The notes: generated from the letters alone by a model not told the origin. A stretch of DNA of 64,000 nt from Eledone cirrhosa (GCA_964016885.1 OZ024742.1:47678001-47742000); one strand, 5' to 3'; positions 14,251 through 26,892 are shown, numbered from the stretch's first letter. Numbers and translations are program-made.

Positions 14251-15571
14251 GTTTATATATTTATTTATTTATTTGTTTGTTTGTTTATTTTATTTTGTCT
14301 TCTTTGCGCATGCGTTTGCATGTGTGTATAATGTTTTGTTTGATGTGTGTTCGTGATTGGGTGACTGTGTATTGGTTAATGTATTCTATGTTTACTAGTG
14401 TGTGTTTATATGTGTTTGTTGTTATTGTGCTTGTGTATGTATTTATTTATTTATCTATTTATTTATTTATTTATTTATACTTCTCTTAGGTCAGTGTTGT
14501 TTGTTTGGGTGTTGTTATTCCATTCATTCTTTCTGTTTGGTATCTCATTGAGAGTGAGGTGGAGTTCTGCGACGTCGACACAGACGAACTGGGCCTCCTA
14601 CTTAGACTTACCTACGACACTGACTACCTAGACAGCCATGACCTTAGACGTTTCTGCCCTAGTAGACCCACAAGTGGAATAAAGAATAGCAGGTAGGCAT
14701 TTTAACATTTGTTTGAGGCACAAACTAAATGTGCAATAAATAATCATAGAAAATTAGAGGTATAGCATTGAAATAGAAAATTAAAGGTATTGCATTGATA
14801 TATATATTGAATAAGAATAGACTCACAGGAAGTAGACGATACACAACTGATAACACCAGGCAATCAACATTCGACGCCTCAGAGTGAGAGATTATTATGC
14901 AAAATGTAATTACTCAATACATATAATTATTATAAATAATATTTGAAATGTATTAGGAGGTGGCAGGAAAAACTTTGATGAAATAATTTTGTATGAGACT
15001 ATTAAAACCCCAGACATTAATGTAAAGTAAATCATGATAACAGTTGAATCAATAATATTAATAACATATTTGAATAAGAATATTAATTAAGATGAATAAT
15101 GTGAAAGTGTAGTGGGAAATGTAGCGAACATAGCATATCGTATAATAAATATCATTGACATCAAGTTAAACATTATATTTCCTGCAAACAAGCGAAATAT
15201 CTTACACCATGATATATCAGTATTTGGTAACGCTCGATAAGGTGTTGCCTTCGCAAAGTCTCAGCGTTATAAACTCGAATCATGACACAAGTTTAATATT
15301 GATTCTCATCCAAGTCAATACAATTGACTTAATTTATATGATTAGTACTACATTATATGAAGCAAATGTGCCTTACGTTTTATTTTATATATCATAATTT
15401 TATAATATAGATATTATTGATTTAGGACCACGTGTCCGATACTGGCTCTGTTATGTGAAATAAGCAATGTTCGTTCCTATCCTGTTTGCGCCTATATTAT
15501 ATATATAATCATAATTTCGCAATATTATTGGAGCCAGAAAGTGAATTCAATATATGTTGGACATACGTAAC

Positions 15572-15735
15572 AGATGAATATTGTCAAATCACAGTCCATT
15601 TTTGGCTAGGGGTGGGTGCACAGAAAAACAACAACAACACTTAATTATGATTCATACAGATCCTCGTACGAATCATAATTACTCTATTTATTTCTGTGCC
15701 TCTACCCCTGGTCAGTGATTTGATAATATTCATCT
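15572..15735. repeat. Imperfect ~165-bp hairpin (MITE-like)
   Basis: AGATGAATATTGTCAAATCAC / GTGATTTGATAATATTCATCT; AGGGGTGGGTGCACAGAAA / TTTCTGTGCCTCTACCCCT; AATTATGATTC / GAATCATAATT. Confidence 0.7.
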
Positions 15736-15857
15736 TGACTACAGTTCCATCACACGCTGGTTTTCATTGTATGGCGTTAAAGATATATACTTGTGTATAT
15801 GAGATGTTGACACATTAGAGATTAGTATGCAACACTTCCATTTAGTTGTTCAGGATG

Positions 15858-15902
<45 letters not shown>

Positions 15903-15905
<3 letters not shown>

Positions 15906-18900
15906 ACAGGGAGAAAGAGATGATTATGAGGGAAAAAAAAAATATTGTTTTCCTTTTTTTTGTGTCTCTCTCTTATTTTCTGGGTTAGAAAATGATTAAA
16001 ACGAAATGTTTTAAGGTATTAGTTGATTTATTTATTATTTAACAATGGCATTTATTTATCTATTTATATATTTAATTATTGTCTATTACCGGTTTCTGCA
16101 TTTATATGCATTATCAAATGATAGTGAAATGTATTAGTGTGGTGTCACACATGTTAAACAGAAGGTGCAGAAAGAATAATGTTATATACAAAGAAGGTTT
16201 AAGAAGTGAAAAGAAAAAAGAAAAGAAAAACAACCGTGCATAATGTGGAACGTAAAAAAGTCAATGTGGAAGAACAGTTAATGTTATTTACAAGCACAGT
16301 CATTGAAGTTAAGCAGTTCAAAATGTGTTAATATCGCAAGAGTGTTTAGTTGAACCATGGTTCCGTGAAGGAGGCAAATGGTGGACTGTGGTTTGATATG
16401 ATTTCCCTTTTTAGAGAGTTAATATGCAGGGGGAAGCAATTCTTGCTGGGTGATATTTAATTTATTTAAGAAAAAGGATTAGGTAAGGTGTGAGGGAGGT
16501 AACTCTTGTAAATGTTTGATGGTTTGATGCAGCTTTAGAAAGATCCTAATTTTAGGGCATTGCATAATGGTTGAAATTTATTAATGAAATGTGTTTCATT
16601 ATTGGTGCGTTGGATGAAAGTAGCGTTGTCTATGAATTTGTAAATGGGAAAATTTTAAAATTTGGAAGTTGGTTGAGAGCACAGTTGGCGATATGTTCAC
16701 TAAATGCAATCTTTCTGTATTCCTGTATTTAGATTTGTGATTTATGATGGAGGCTGTTTTTTGTCTGTACTATATAGTGCTCTAGACAACCTGAGCAAGT
16801 CAAAACATAGATAAGGTTTTCAGATGCACATGTAAAGTTGTGTTTAACTGTGAAACGTTGTCCTTGTTTAAAATAGAATGTTGAACCTTCTATTAGATTT
16901 ATGCATATGCCACAGTTGGGCCCTCCGCATTCTGTTAGTGTAGGGTTTATTGTGAGTGTTTGATGGATTTTGGCTTGTGTGAGGATGTTTTTTATGGCTT
17001 TGTGTTGTCTTTTGCTCTTTATGATGTTGTGTGTTTGGAGGATATTGTTCATTCTTGGGTCTCGTTTTAGTAAAGGAATGTTCTGGAGGATGGTATCGAA
17101 TGCCTCATTGTTGAGGGAATTGTGTGTGGAGATGTATGGTAGAGTTTTTTGTTGCGGTTCCCTGCTGTGTTTGGGGTGTCTGAGTTCCTGGATGTCTAGT
17201 TTTAGGGCACGTTGGAATCCATTGGTGATTAGGGACGGTGGGTAGTTTCTGCTGATAAATTCGTTTTTTAATTCTTCTAGTCGTGTGTAGCATGTGTATT
17301 TATCTGAAACTATTGTGCAGATCCTTCTGGCTAGGTTATAAGGAATTACCATTTTGGTGTGTCTAGGATGGCACGAGTTGAATGGAAGGTATTGTTTGGA
17401 GTCTGTGGGTTTGTAGTATATGTCTGTTTCTATTTTGTTGCTTGTTTTCTTGATGAGGATGTCGAGGAAAGGGAGTTGTTCATGGCTGTAATCCATTATG
17501 AATTGTAAGTTTGTGTTGAGCTCATTCAGAAGGGTTTTTAACTCAAACCTTCTATCTATACTTTCATGCCAGAGGATGAAGCAGCCGTCCAGATATCTCT
17601 TTCAGTTCTTTTCTATGTGTTGGTAGAAGTGGTTGCCGTATTTGTCTAGAACTTTGCGGTAGAGGATGGTTTCCAAATATCCCATGACAAGGTTGGCGTA
17701 TGACGAGGCCACTTTCGTGCCCATGGCAGTCCAAGATTTCTGTCTGTAGTATTAGGCATTGAATTCGAAGAAATGGTTTTCCAAGATGAATTTGAGTCCC
17801 TCCAACACAAATTCTTTAGGGATGCGCTATGGGATTTCACTAGGGACATTTTACATCCAGAATTGTATTGCCTCTATACCTAGGTTGTGTGGGATATTGG
17901 AATATAAATTGATGACATCAAAGGTTACTAGTAGGGTATGTTCGTTATTGAGTGTTGTTGGGAGGTGGTTGAGCATGTCAAGGTCGTCCCTTATGAAGCT
18001 ATTTATATGTTTTAGGAAAGGTTTAAGTAGAATAACTAGGAATTGCTTAGGCGATGGGTTTCACATGCGGGCCCTGCTATTATGGGTCTTAATTTAAGGT
18101 CATCAGGAGGGGCTATATTGATGTAAACGTCTGTGGCTTGCTTGCAGGCCCTGCCTATTACTTCGCTTGTGTGTGTCTTGGGGATACCGTAGAAGAGGCT
18201 GGTTCTGCTTTTGAAATTGGTAGTTGTATTGCTTGTCTGTAAGGCCTTCTTTGTAAAGGGTTGTTAGGGATTTTAGGTTTCTCATTATTTTCTGTTGTGT
18301 GTAGTGTTGGGCCTTTTCATAATATGTTTGGTTTTCTAGAGTTGAGAGTACTAGAGTTGTGTAATAATCTGTCTCCATAAGGACTACTGCACTCCCTTTA
18401 TCTGCCTCTTTGATTGTTAGGGTTTTGTCGTTTTTTAGACTGTTAAGACCATTCCATTCTTTTTTGCCTAGGTTTGGTTTTTGTTTATGCCTGTGTAGGT
18501 GGTGGTATGGGTAATTAGTAATGTGTTCGCAGAATTGATCGAGGAATTTATTCTTGCCTGTTGATGGGGTGTAGTTGCTTCTATTTCTGGCTATTGAGTC
18601 ATCCTCATTGTATTTGTTGTATAGTTGTTCGCTGAGTCTTAGTTTCCTACAGAATTCTGCAATATCTTCCTTCATTTCGGGGTAGTTTGGTTGTTGGGGA
18701 GTTGGTGTAAATTTTAGACCTTTGGAGAGTATGTTGATTTGGTCTGTTGTTAATTCTTTAGAGGTTAAATTGACAATTATTATTGCATGTTGTGTCTCCT
18801 GTGTGTTTTGTGTTATCTTGTGATCCTGTGTCTGTGTGCTGTGTCTAAAAAATGATTACGGAAGTTGTGATGGCTGTTGAAGTTTGGATGTCTCTTATAG

Positions 18901-19700
18901 TTGTATTGGCTCCTGCTGTTGTTGTAAGATGGTATGTATCTGTGGTGGTTGTTGAGTTTAGGTTGTATCGTGTGGTTGTATTGAGCCCTGCTGATGTTGT
19001 TGTAGCGTGTGTAGATTTGATGGACGTGATTATAGAGTGTGAAGTTGTGGTGGTTGTTGAAGTTGGGTTGTAACGTGTGGTTGTGTTGAGCACTGCTGTT
19101 TTTGTAGGGTGTGTAGACTTGGTGGTAGTTGTGTAGGGTTGTCTTGTGTATTCATATTGAGTCCTGTTGTTGCTGTTATATGGTGTGTAGCTATGGTGGT
19201 TGTAGTAGTTAGGGTGTCTGGTGTGGTTGTATTGTCCCCTGCTGGTGTTGTTGTAGTAGGGTGTGGTAAGTGGAGGAGGGTAGATTAGGGTTTCCGTATA
19301 GCTGGTGTGTGGTTGTGAGGCCCTGTGTGACATGTGTGGTAGTTGTGTATTTTGTGTTCTATGTTGGAAGTAATGATGGTTGTGGGTTTGTTGTGGGAAT
19401 GTTAGGGGGGGGTTGTAAGTGTGGGGGTTTTTATGGTTTCTCCTGGTTGGAGAGAAGTTGTAGTGTCTATCTTGTAGCTGATGTTTCTCTATTACTATAT
19501 TTTTTGTTTGGGAGTCCGTGTGATAGTTAGGGGGGGGGGTCGGAGGTAGGGGCGAGGTGATGTCTTATTTTGTTGGTATGTGGGGAGGTATTGTTTTTTG
19601 TTGTTGTTGGTTGTTGTGTGTTGTTTGGGTGTTGATTGAGTTTTCTTGTTATTATGGTTTTAATGAAGGGGTTCTTGGATGTGTGTTCTTTTTCGAAAAG
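15903..19700 (-). mobile_element. Decayed Penelope-like element (Neptune-like): repeat-rich upstream ORF, RT, Cys linker, GIY-YIG, 3' pLTR with HHR
   Basis: VNLTSKELT...LSKGLKFTPTP, IKEADKGSAVV, AMGTKVASSYANLVMGYLE, RYLDGCF (YLDD decayed), LPFLDI..., YYKPTDSKQYL, CGGPNCGIC, NLIYVLTC..C...YIVQT; several frameshifts and stops. Clade assignment is tentative. Confidence 0.9.
16083..16124 (-). ncRNA. Hammerhead ribozyme (U3-A8 variant) in the 3' pLTR of the PLE
   Basis: Minus: CTATCAT-TTGATAA-TGCATATAAATGCA-GAAA-CCGG-TA-ATAG; stem I imperfect. Confidence 0.65.
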
Positions 19701-19707
19701 TGTTTCA

Positions 19708-20025
19708 TATTAAAATTTTCCCCATTTACAAATTCATAGACAACGCTACTTTCATCCAACGCACCAATAAGGAAACATTTCATTAATAAATTTCAACCAG
19801 TACGCAATGCCCTAAAATTCGGATCTTTCTAAAACTGCAACAAACCATCAAACATTTACAAGAGTTATCTCCCTCACACGCTAACTAATCCTTTTTCTTA
19901 AATAAATTAAATATCACCCTGCAAGAATTGCTTCCCCCTGCATATTAACTCTCTAAAAGGGGAAATCATATCAAACCACAGTCCACCATTTGCCTCCTTC
20001 ACGGAATCATGGTTCAACTAAACAC
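19708..20025 (+). repeat. Inverted duplicate of the PLE 3' region (about 16343-16660) at the element's 5' end
   Basis: TTAAAATTTTCCCATTTACAAATTCATAGACAACGC...ATGGTTCAACTAAACAC is the reverse complement of about 16343-16660 with few substitutions. Confidence 0.9.
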
Positions 20026-20399
20026 CTTTTAAATGATTAATCGCCTTTGTACATATTTCTTTAACTAAAGAAATATATTTCACCATCAATCAGCAAAGCA
20101 GAAGAATTAACTATCTGTGTTTACACAGCAAATGTAGATCTGTGAATGACTAGAGCACGTGTTGCATTTAAAAGAAAATACACACATCGTACCAACGTCA
20201 CACAGAGGGTGAATAGGGTTATCGACAGCTAGAAATAGCAGGCAAGTCCTTTCAACTGAGTTAGCACTATCATTAAGGAGCCGTATATATAACCAAAATT
20301 AAATGAAGTATGTCATGTCTGAGAAATATTCGCCATAACCACTGTAGAATATGCTCAAATAATCCAATGAAGAGATCTGAGTATTTATATCAACTAGAA

Positions 20400-20489
<90 letters not shown>

Positions 20490-20491
<2 letters not shown>

Positions 20492-20790
20492 TAATAAAAA
20501 TAATGAATGAACAAAGAAACAGTTCCTTATATTAAAAAATTCATCATTTTACGATCGTTTCTAGGATATATATGTTAGTGTATCATATAGATCTATGTAA
20601 AATTTTTACAAACTATCGGAAAGAATATACATACCCACACATATATATGCTGTCTTCAGCATATATATGTGTATATATATAATAAACATATGAAACAATC
20701 ACAGGGATAATTTGTAAAGAGTGTAAGTACACACATCTAGGTATGTAACTAATTAAAGTTTAACGAGAACTTCAGATATAAATACCTTTT
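20490..20790 (-). mobile_element. Short (TA)n-flanked element with a possible long-stem-II hammerhead
   Basis: Minus: CTGAAGA (20653-20659) ... about 90 nt ... GAAA-CGATCG-TA (20550-20561); stem I poor. Confidence 0.4.
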
Positions 20791-20829
20791 AAATGATTAA
20801 TCAAAAAGTTTATTTTATATATATAAATA

Positions 20830-20966
20830 TAGAGTAGGAAAATAAATTGAAAATGTAACTGGAGTCTTTTAAGTATATTCATTTATTTACTTTAGCGGGA
20901 TCACAGTTCTTATGCTTTTCAAATGTACATTTGAGATGGAGGTTAGTGCTTCTGTTGTGGTTCGTC

Positions 20967-20968
<2 letters not shown>
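20830..20968 (-). mobile_element. Diverged family D copy with degenerate UUGAAAA hammerhead
   Basis: AACTGGAGTCTT and CAGTTCTTATGCTTTTCAAA...TTGAGATGGAGG match 4778-4877. Confidence 0.65.
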
Positions 20969-21008
<40 letters not shown>

Positions 21009-21010
21009 TT

Positions 21011-21405
21011 GAAAAAAAACAACGAAAAGAGTGACTTTACTCTTTAGTTCGAAACAATTTCATTTAATTTTATATCATAATATTATGAGTTGGTAGATCT
21101 AGTAAGTTCTTTGTTAACTTCGATGGGAAGATTTTTAAAGATTCCTGGTTAACTTTCTTGGAGAACGTTCTCGCCTTCGTCAGTGGCGATTGTCAAACTG
21201 AGAAAGTTCTCCAGGAAAGTTAACTAGGAATCTTTAAAAACCTTCCCACCGAACATAACAAAGAACTTACTAGATCTACCAACTCATAATATTATAATAT
21301 TATAAAATTAAATCAAATTGTTTAGAACTACAAGTGAAGTCATTATTTTCCTTAGTTTTAAATATACCTAACTGTACCAAGGATCTCACACATTTTCCAA
21401 TATAT
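21011..21405. mobile_element. Family G fold-back element with HHR on - strand (21141-21190)
   Basis: Arms about 21030-21172 / 21200-21345; minus CTGACGA-AGGCGAGAACGTTCTCCAA-GAAA-GTTAAC-CA; plus arm GAAA-GTTAAC-TA. Confidence 0.8.
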
Positions 21406-21458
<53 letters not shown>

Positions 21459-23664
21459 TTATTTATATATTATATATTTTCAATTTCATTTCCCTGTACT
21501 CTAACTTATTTAATGATATATTTAACACGTGTTTCATTATCAAGTTAATTCACCGTCTCGAGGGCTGTTTAGAGATATCAGGATTTTGAATCATTTTACG
21601 GCAATACTCTACAACTCCACTGATCCTAAGAAAATACATACCATTCTTAGAATTTGAGTGATAGTGTCGAATGTACAGAGGGAGGATTGATCTGATAACT
21701 CATGAGCTTCCAGCAAATGTTGCTGCTACATAAATGAGACATGTCATTGTTTGATAAATAGCTAATCTTTCGATCTAATATAATCGTATATGTTATGGTA
21801 TTGGCTTCTGTGGTAAGAAAATAAACAGGCTGTAAATCTGTTTTAATATTACCTGTGTATCCTTGAGAGTTATAGATATTACCTGAAATATTATCTCGCA
21901 TGACTCAATTATATAAGTTGAGTTATCTCTCCGGTAAGCTGCCTCATCCCTAATTGTTGCATAACCACTCCACAAGATTGATTTTACCAATGAAAAGTGA
22001 AAACTACATAATGTTCTTATATACATATAAACATATAATATATGCATGTATGAAAATACAATTACGCATAAATATATATATATATCAAGAGATATATGTA
22101 AATATCTTTGTCAAAAATTGTAATTATCACTGGAGGTTATGTTGGTTTTGTTTCAAATTATAAAATGTAAGTACATTCAATTCAAAGGATATTCTTTCAT
22201 TTAAATAGCATTACAACTATATTTACTAAAACGGTATATTGTATTTCAGAATGGAAATATATTTTCGCTTCTTGAAATCTCATTAATGCGACGCTAAGTA
22301 AACATCATAACGAAGCTTTCACATGTTTTGTTTAGTATATAAAGACTGCAATTTGAGGATTCATCAGCAAATACAAGTCTCAATGGTTTTTGAAATTTAT
22401 CTGAACAAGGTACACTGTATTGCCGTACGATTATCGATATATAACAACATATTAGATGAAAATGACCTTCAAAATGTAGTCTGATTATTATACTTTTGTG
22501 AATGAAAACTACACATCCTAGATAGAGTAGTGTGCTTTATGTAATGGTTAGAAATACACATTAAAGAATCACGAATATAAACTTGCGGAAATGTGTCTTA
22601 AATATGAATAATTATTAGTTATTATAAGATGTTTAATATGTCCATAATTAGGTACTGTATATTTCCTGCGTTTATGCCATTCTGACACCAATCCAATATG
22701 ATTTTTTCCCTCTGTACTTGCATAATATTGCCAAATTATGTGTATCAAACTTAAGCAGCCAGAAGTAAATCACGTATTTAATTCTACATTCGTTATCCTC
22801 GTATTATATAAACAGTGGTGGATTGACTTAGAATGCCCGAGTCCTGAGTATCACTTTTTGAATTTTAGGAGGAGTGTTTTAGGAGCAGTTTTATATTCCA
22901 AAATTGTTGCTTCAGCATATATAGGAGGCATGGGATACATATCCAGAAGGGACTTTTGAAATTCTCTCTTTGAGAGAGGGATTTCTTCTCAGAACAGTAT
23001 TTTGATAAAAATTTAATCAAAATGTTAGCCCCTAGATTTTTTCTTCTACAAGCAGCAGCTTTACTTCCAGAATTTGAATATACCAGCGTTAAACCTTCTT
23101 GAATTGTATAGAACTAACATCTCTAACAACGACAATGACGCCAACAACAAAAATACAACATCACTAATAATTTTATCATGATCAATTCTGAAAATAATAT
23201 ATTGAATTCTTATATTGTAATATCGACACTAGGTTTGAAGCGCAAATAAGATGTATCCCGGTTTTTAGTAATATTCAGGATCTCTAAGGAAATAAACGTT
23301 AAATATAAAATGGCAAACGAATGTCTGAATATTTTAAGAAACATTTATTTTTTGATTTCCTGAAACAGTTTTCATTAACAAATAATTATTAAATTTAATA
23401 ATTACACCGAAGTTGATTTCATTTGCTGAATTAACATCATAACAACAAACAAAAACATATACACTGGTCTCAAATTAATTAATTTTCAGAATTGTATGAG
23501 ATTCGCTAAAAAAAAACCATAGTAAAAGACTCCACAAATGAGAAGAATGAGCAATCATCCAAATTCTATATTGATAGAAGATATTAAAGCAAAACATTAT
23601 ACATATCCTCAAACTCATATGTGATTGTGTGACACGCACACACACACACACACACCTATATATA

Positions 23665-23883
<219 letters not shown>

Positions 23884-24230
23884 ATGGCTTCTACAGGATT
23901 AGAACTGTTTCAAAGGAAGGAAATTATCAGGAAAACCAACTGTCATTGAGGTATGATGGTATTTATACGTTTTCTGCTGGTAGGGGAAAGTGTGGATTAG
24001 GCTACGTGGAGGTCATTGGCCAAAGGATTTTAGACGAAAGGATTCTTTGAAAGGGCTATGTTTATAGAAATATACACAGTACATATAAACGGCCTTCACA
24101 CAATGTACCTATAGTCAAACACATGAATACGGACAACCACACTTATTTTAAGGTCCATTTATTCTAAGCAAACAACGGGTATATTTACATGCTCTGCTGA
24201 AGAATTTATTGCATCAATAGATAGTCGACA

Positions 24231-24288
<58 letters not shown>

Positions 24289-24291
<3 letters not shown>

Positions 24292-24672
24292 AAAGAATAG
24301 AGGTGTAACACACAAGTTATTATATATTGGTAAACGGAATAGAAAATGATGACAAATTGTTCACAGTTGAAAAATAGTTTAATTAGGAATAAAAGAGTAT
24401 TAGTAATTGTATGGGTTAGTATTCAGTTGTAGTTTTAAGTTTTTAAGTTTTACCGGTTGCGCATTTCTAAATGCTTTTCAAAAGTAATTTTGAAATAGAG
24501 TGTCCGTGTTGTTTGCTCTGATCTGTTGTGGTTTTAAGTTTTTAAAACCACAACTGATCAGAGCAAACAACTGAATACTAACCCATACAAATACTAATAC
24601 TCTTTTATTCCTAATTAAACTATTTTTCAACTGTGAACAATTTGTCAGCATTTCCTATTCCGTTTACCAATA
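24289..24672. mobile_element. Nested fold-back element with degenerate U3-A8 hammerhead (24446-24486, -)
   Basis: Outer arms 24322-24430 / 24568-24675; inner arms 24508-24537 / 24545-24571; minus TTGAAAA-GCATTTAGAAATGC-GCAA-CCGG-TA. Confidence 0.75.
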
Positions 24673-24769
24673 TATATATATATATATCTTTCACCATATT
24701 TTTGACTAAAGGAATTTTAGCCTGATAATGGGGTTTAGAACCCTCAGATAAATGGAAAAAGATGAGTAT

Positions 24770-24845
24770 TGACGTATATGGGAGTCGAACCCACATCTTT
24801 GGTTATCGCGACCACTGTGCTACCATTACACCAACACATCACCCA
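24770..24845 (-). mobile_element. tRNA-derived SINE head / tRNA pseudogene
   Basis: Minus: A-box TGGTGTAATGGTAGCA, B-box GGGTTCGACTCCC; acceptor stem imperfect. Confidence 0.6.
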
Positions 24846-25089
24846 TCTCTTTCCATTCAAATTAGAAGCTACATTCTTAGCGAGTTTAAATGTCAAGTAA
24901 TGTATGTAATGTGTGTATGTATGTGTGTGTGTATGCGTGTGTGTGTGTATGTGTGTGTGCGTTTGTGAGTAACTATGTTTGTGTTTGTGTATGCCTTTGT
25001 CTCTATGTTAAATACATCTAGGTAAAACAAACATGGGAAATAACAGTAAAATTAATTTAGACATATTAGTTAAGCGCTTCATATAGAAG

Positions 25090-25136
25090 GAAAATATAGT
25101 GGATGTTTCGATTCTTAGTCCTTCGTCAGATTCCTC
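25090..25136 (-). ncRNA. Degenerate hammerhead remnant
   Basis: Minus: CTGACGA-AGGACTAAGAATC-GAAA-CA-TC (plausibly CpG-decayed GAAACGTC); stem I weak. Confidence 0.4.
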
Positions 25137-26028
25137 GATTCAGAAGATTGAATGAGAGGCAGAAGTGATATAAATAAGGACGAGAGTAAGAAGAGTAAGC
25201 GAGAGAGCAAGAAATAGATATACATTCGGTGTGTAAGTGGGAGAGACCTGGCGAGAAAAGTATATGTCTTACAATACAATGAACAAATCTGAGTAATACA
25301 GAAAATATATTACAATCACTTTACACCCAAAGCTGTATATGTGATATAAATGTGTATTGACAATATGCGAATCATTCACTACATGGAACCTTTTTTTTCC
25401 AGAACTGAAAGCTATTGTTAAAAATGAAAATGTGGATTTATTTGAGCTAGATATACACATATGTTTGATGTAGAAGGTTGTAATGGTTCTAAGTAACATG
25501 ACTGCATTGCTAGGATATATTTTATCAATTTCGAATGGACAATTTCAAAATATGATTTTAACTTGATTTCAGCGGGGGGAAAACATAAACAATTAAGAAT
25601 GATTGCTTAGTTTTTGAAATTAAAGTGCTCGTGTGATTTAAATGTTTATCCAAGGTGTATTAATGGCAGAATGTGTTCATTTGGTGTAGAACGTTCGTCG
25701 TACAATAGCGCGCAGTGTTGAGTGTTTGCAACAAGTTATACGAAAGAAAGTGATATACTAGTTCAAATAAGAGATATGATATAATACTACTTTCACGATG
25801 ATGTGGTATGTTTGTTATTCCATTGCATCTGAATTATGTACACACAAATAAAATCGACGTTAAGGGTGAACCGGAACCCCAGTTGTGTGAGACAAACATA
25901 AAAAACAGTTTTCCTTCTTATACAGGATTTGGCATAGAGTGAATGCAATATTTGTTTCTGCATGTCACATTTATTTTTCTACTTCCAACATATATATTTC
26001 TCTCTACTTCTTTCACCGTTCAGCAGTC

Positions 26029-26094
<66 letters not shown>

Positions 26095-26203
26095 TTATTT
26101 ATAGGTATATTTAATACATTTATATATATATATGTCTGTACATATTAGTGTATACATTCATATATTCATTTATTTACACACACACACACATACACACACA
26201 CAC

Positions 26204-26290
<87 letters not shown>

Positions 26291-26661
26291 TGTACATGTC
26301 TTTGTATTTATGATGGATTTTATGTTTTCATATGCTATGTACGTCATGTTACTGCGTATCACTTCTGCTGTAGGCTATCGATTTTCATACAATGTGGAAC
26401 AATCACATCTAAGGATTATATTGACTATATTTCTGTCATTTATGGATCCCATGCGTTGATTTATTGCCATTTTACCATTGTGTTTTATTGTCATGTTACC
26501 AGTTCTCTCAATTATATTTTGCTCAGTGCCATATCTAAAATGCATCATCCGATTGAATATTGGAACAAGTCAAGTATAGATAAAGGATAATTTCTGAATA
26601 TTGGTTTGTAAATAAATTGATGTTTTGGATTCTAGAACATATCTATTGAGAAAACGCTTGT

Positions 26662-26696
<35 letters not shown>

Positions 26697-26776
26697 ACAT
26701 ACATATATATATATGTATATATATATATGTACATATATATATACATATCTATATATATACATATCTATATATATAC

Positions 26777-26892
<116 letters not shown>

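Noticed and set aside
18845-19333. Thr-rich mucin-like ORF
   Set aside because: The Thr-rich half is an off-frame reading; the repeat continues as an N/H/Y-rich peptide in another frame.
20024-20802. 19-bp direct repeat ACCTTTTAAATGATTAATC as a target-site duplication
   Set aside because: The intervening sequence is composite and no single element is bounded by it.
21853-21882. Possible 30-nt micro-exon on the minus strand (TTTCAG|GTAATATC...ACACAG|GTAATA)
   Set aside because: Weak polypyrimidine tract, no neighbouring exons identified; may be a short duplication of CAGGTAATAT.
24721-24752. CTGATAA-TGGGG...CCCTC hairpin as a hammerhead
   Set aside because: C3-A8 mismatch and no GAAA or stem I.
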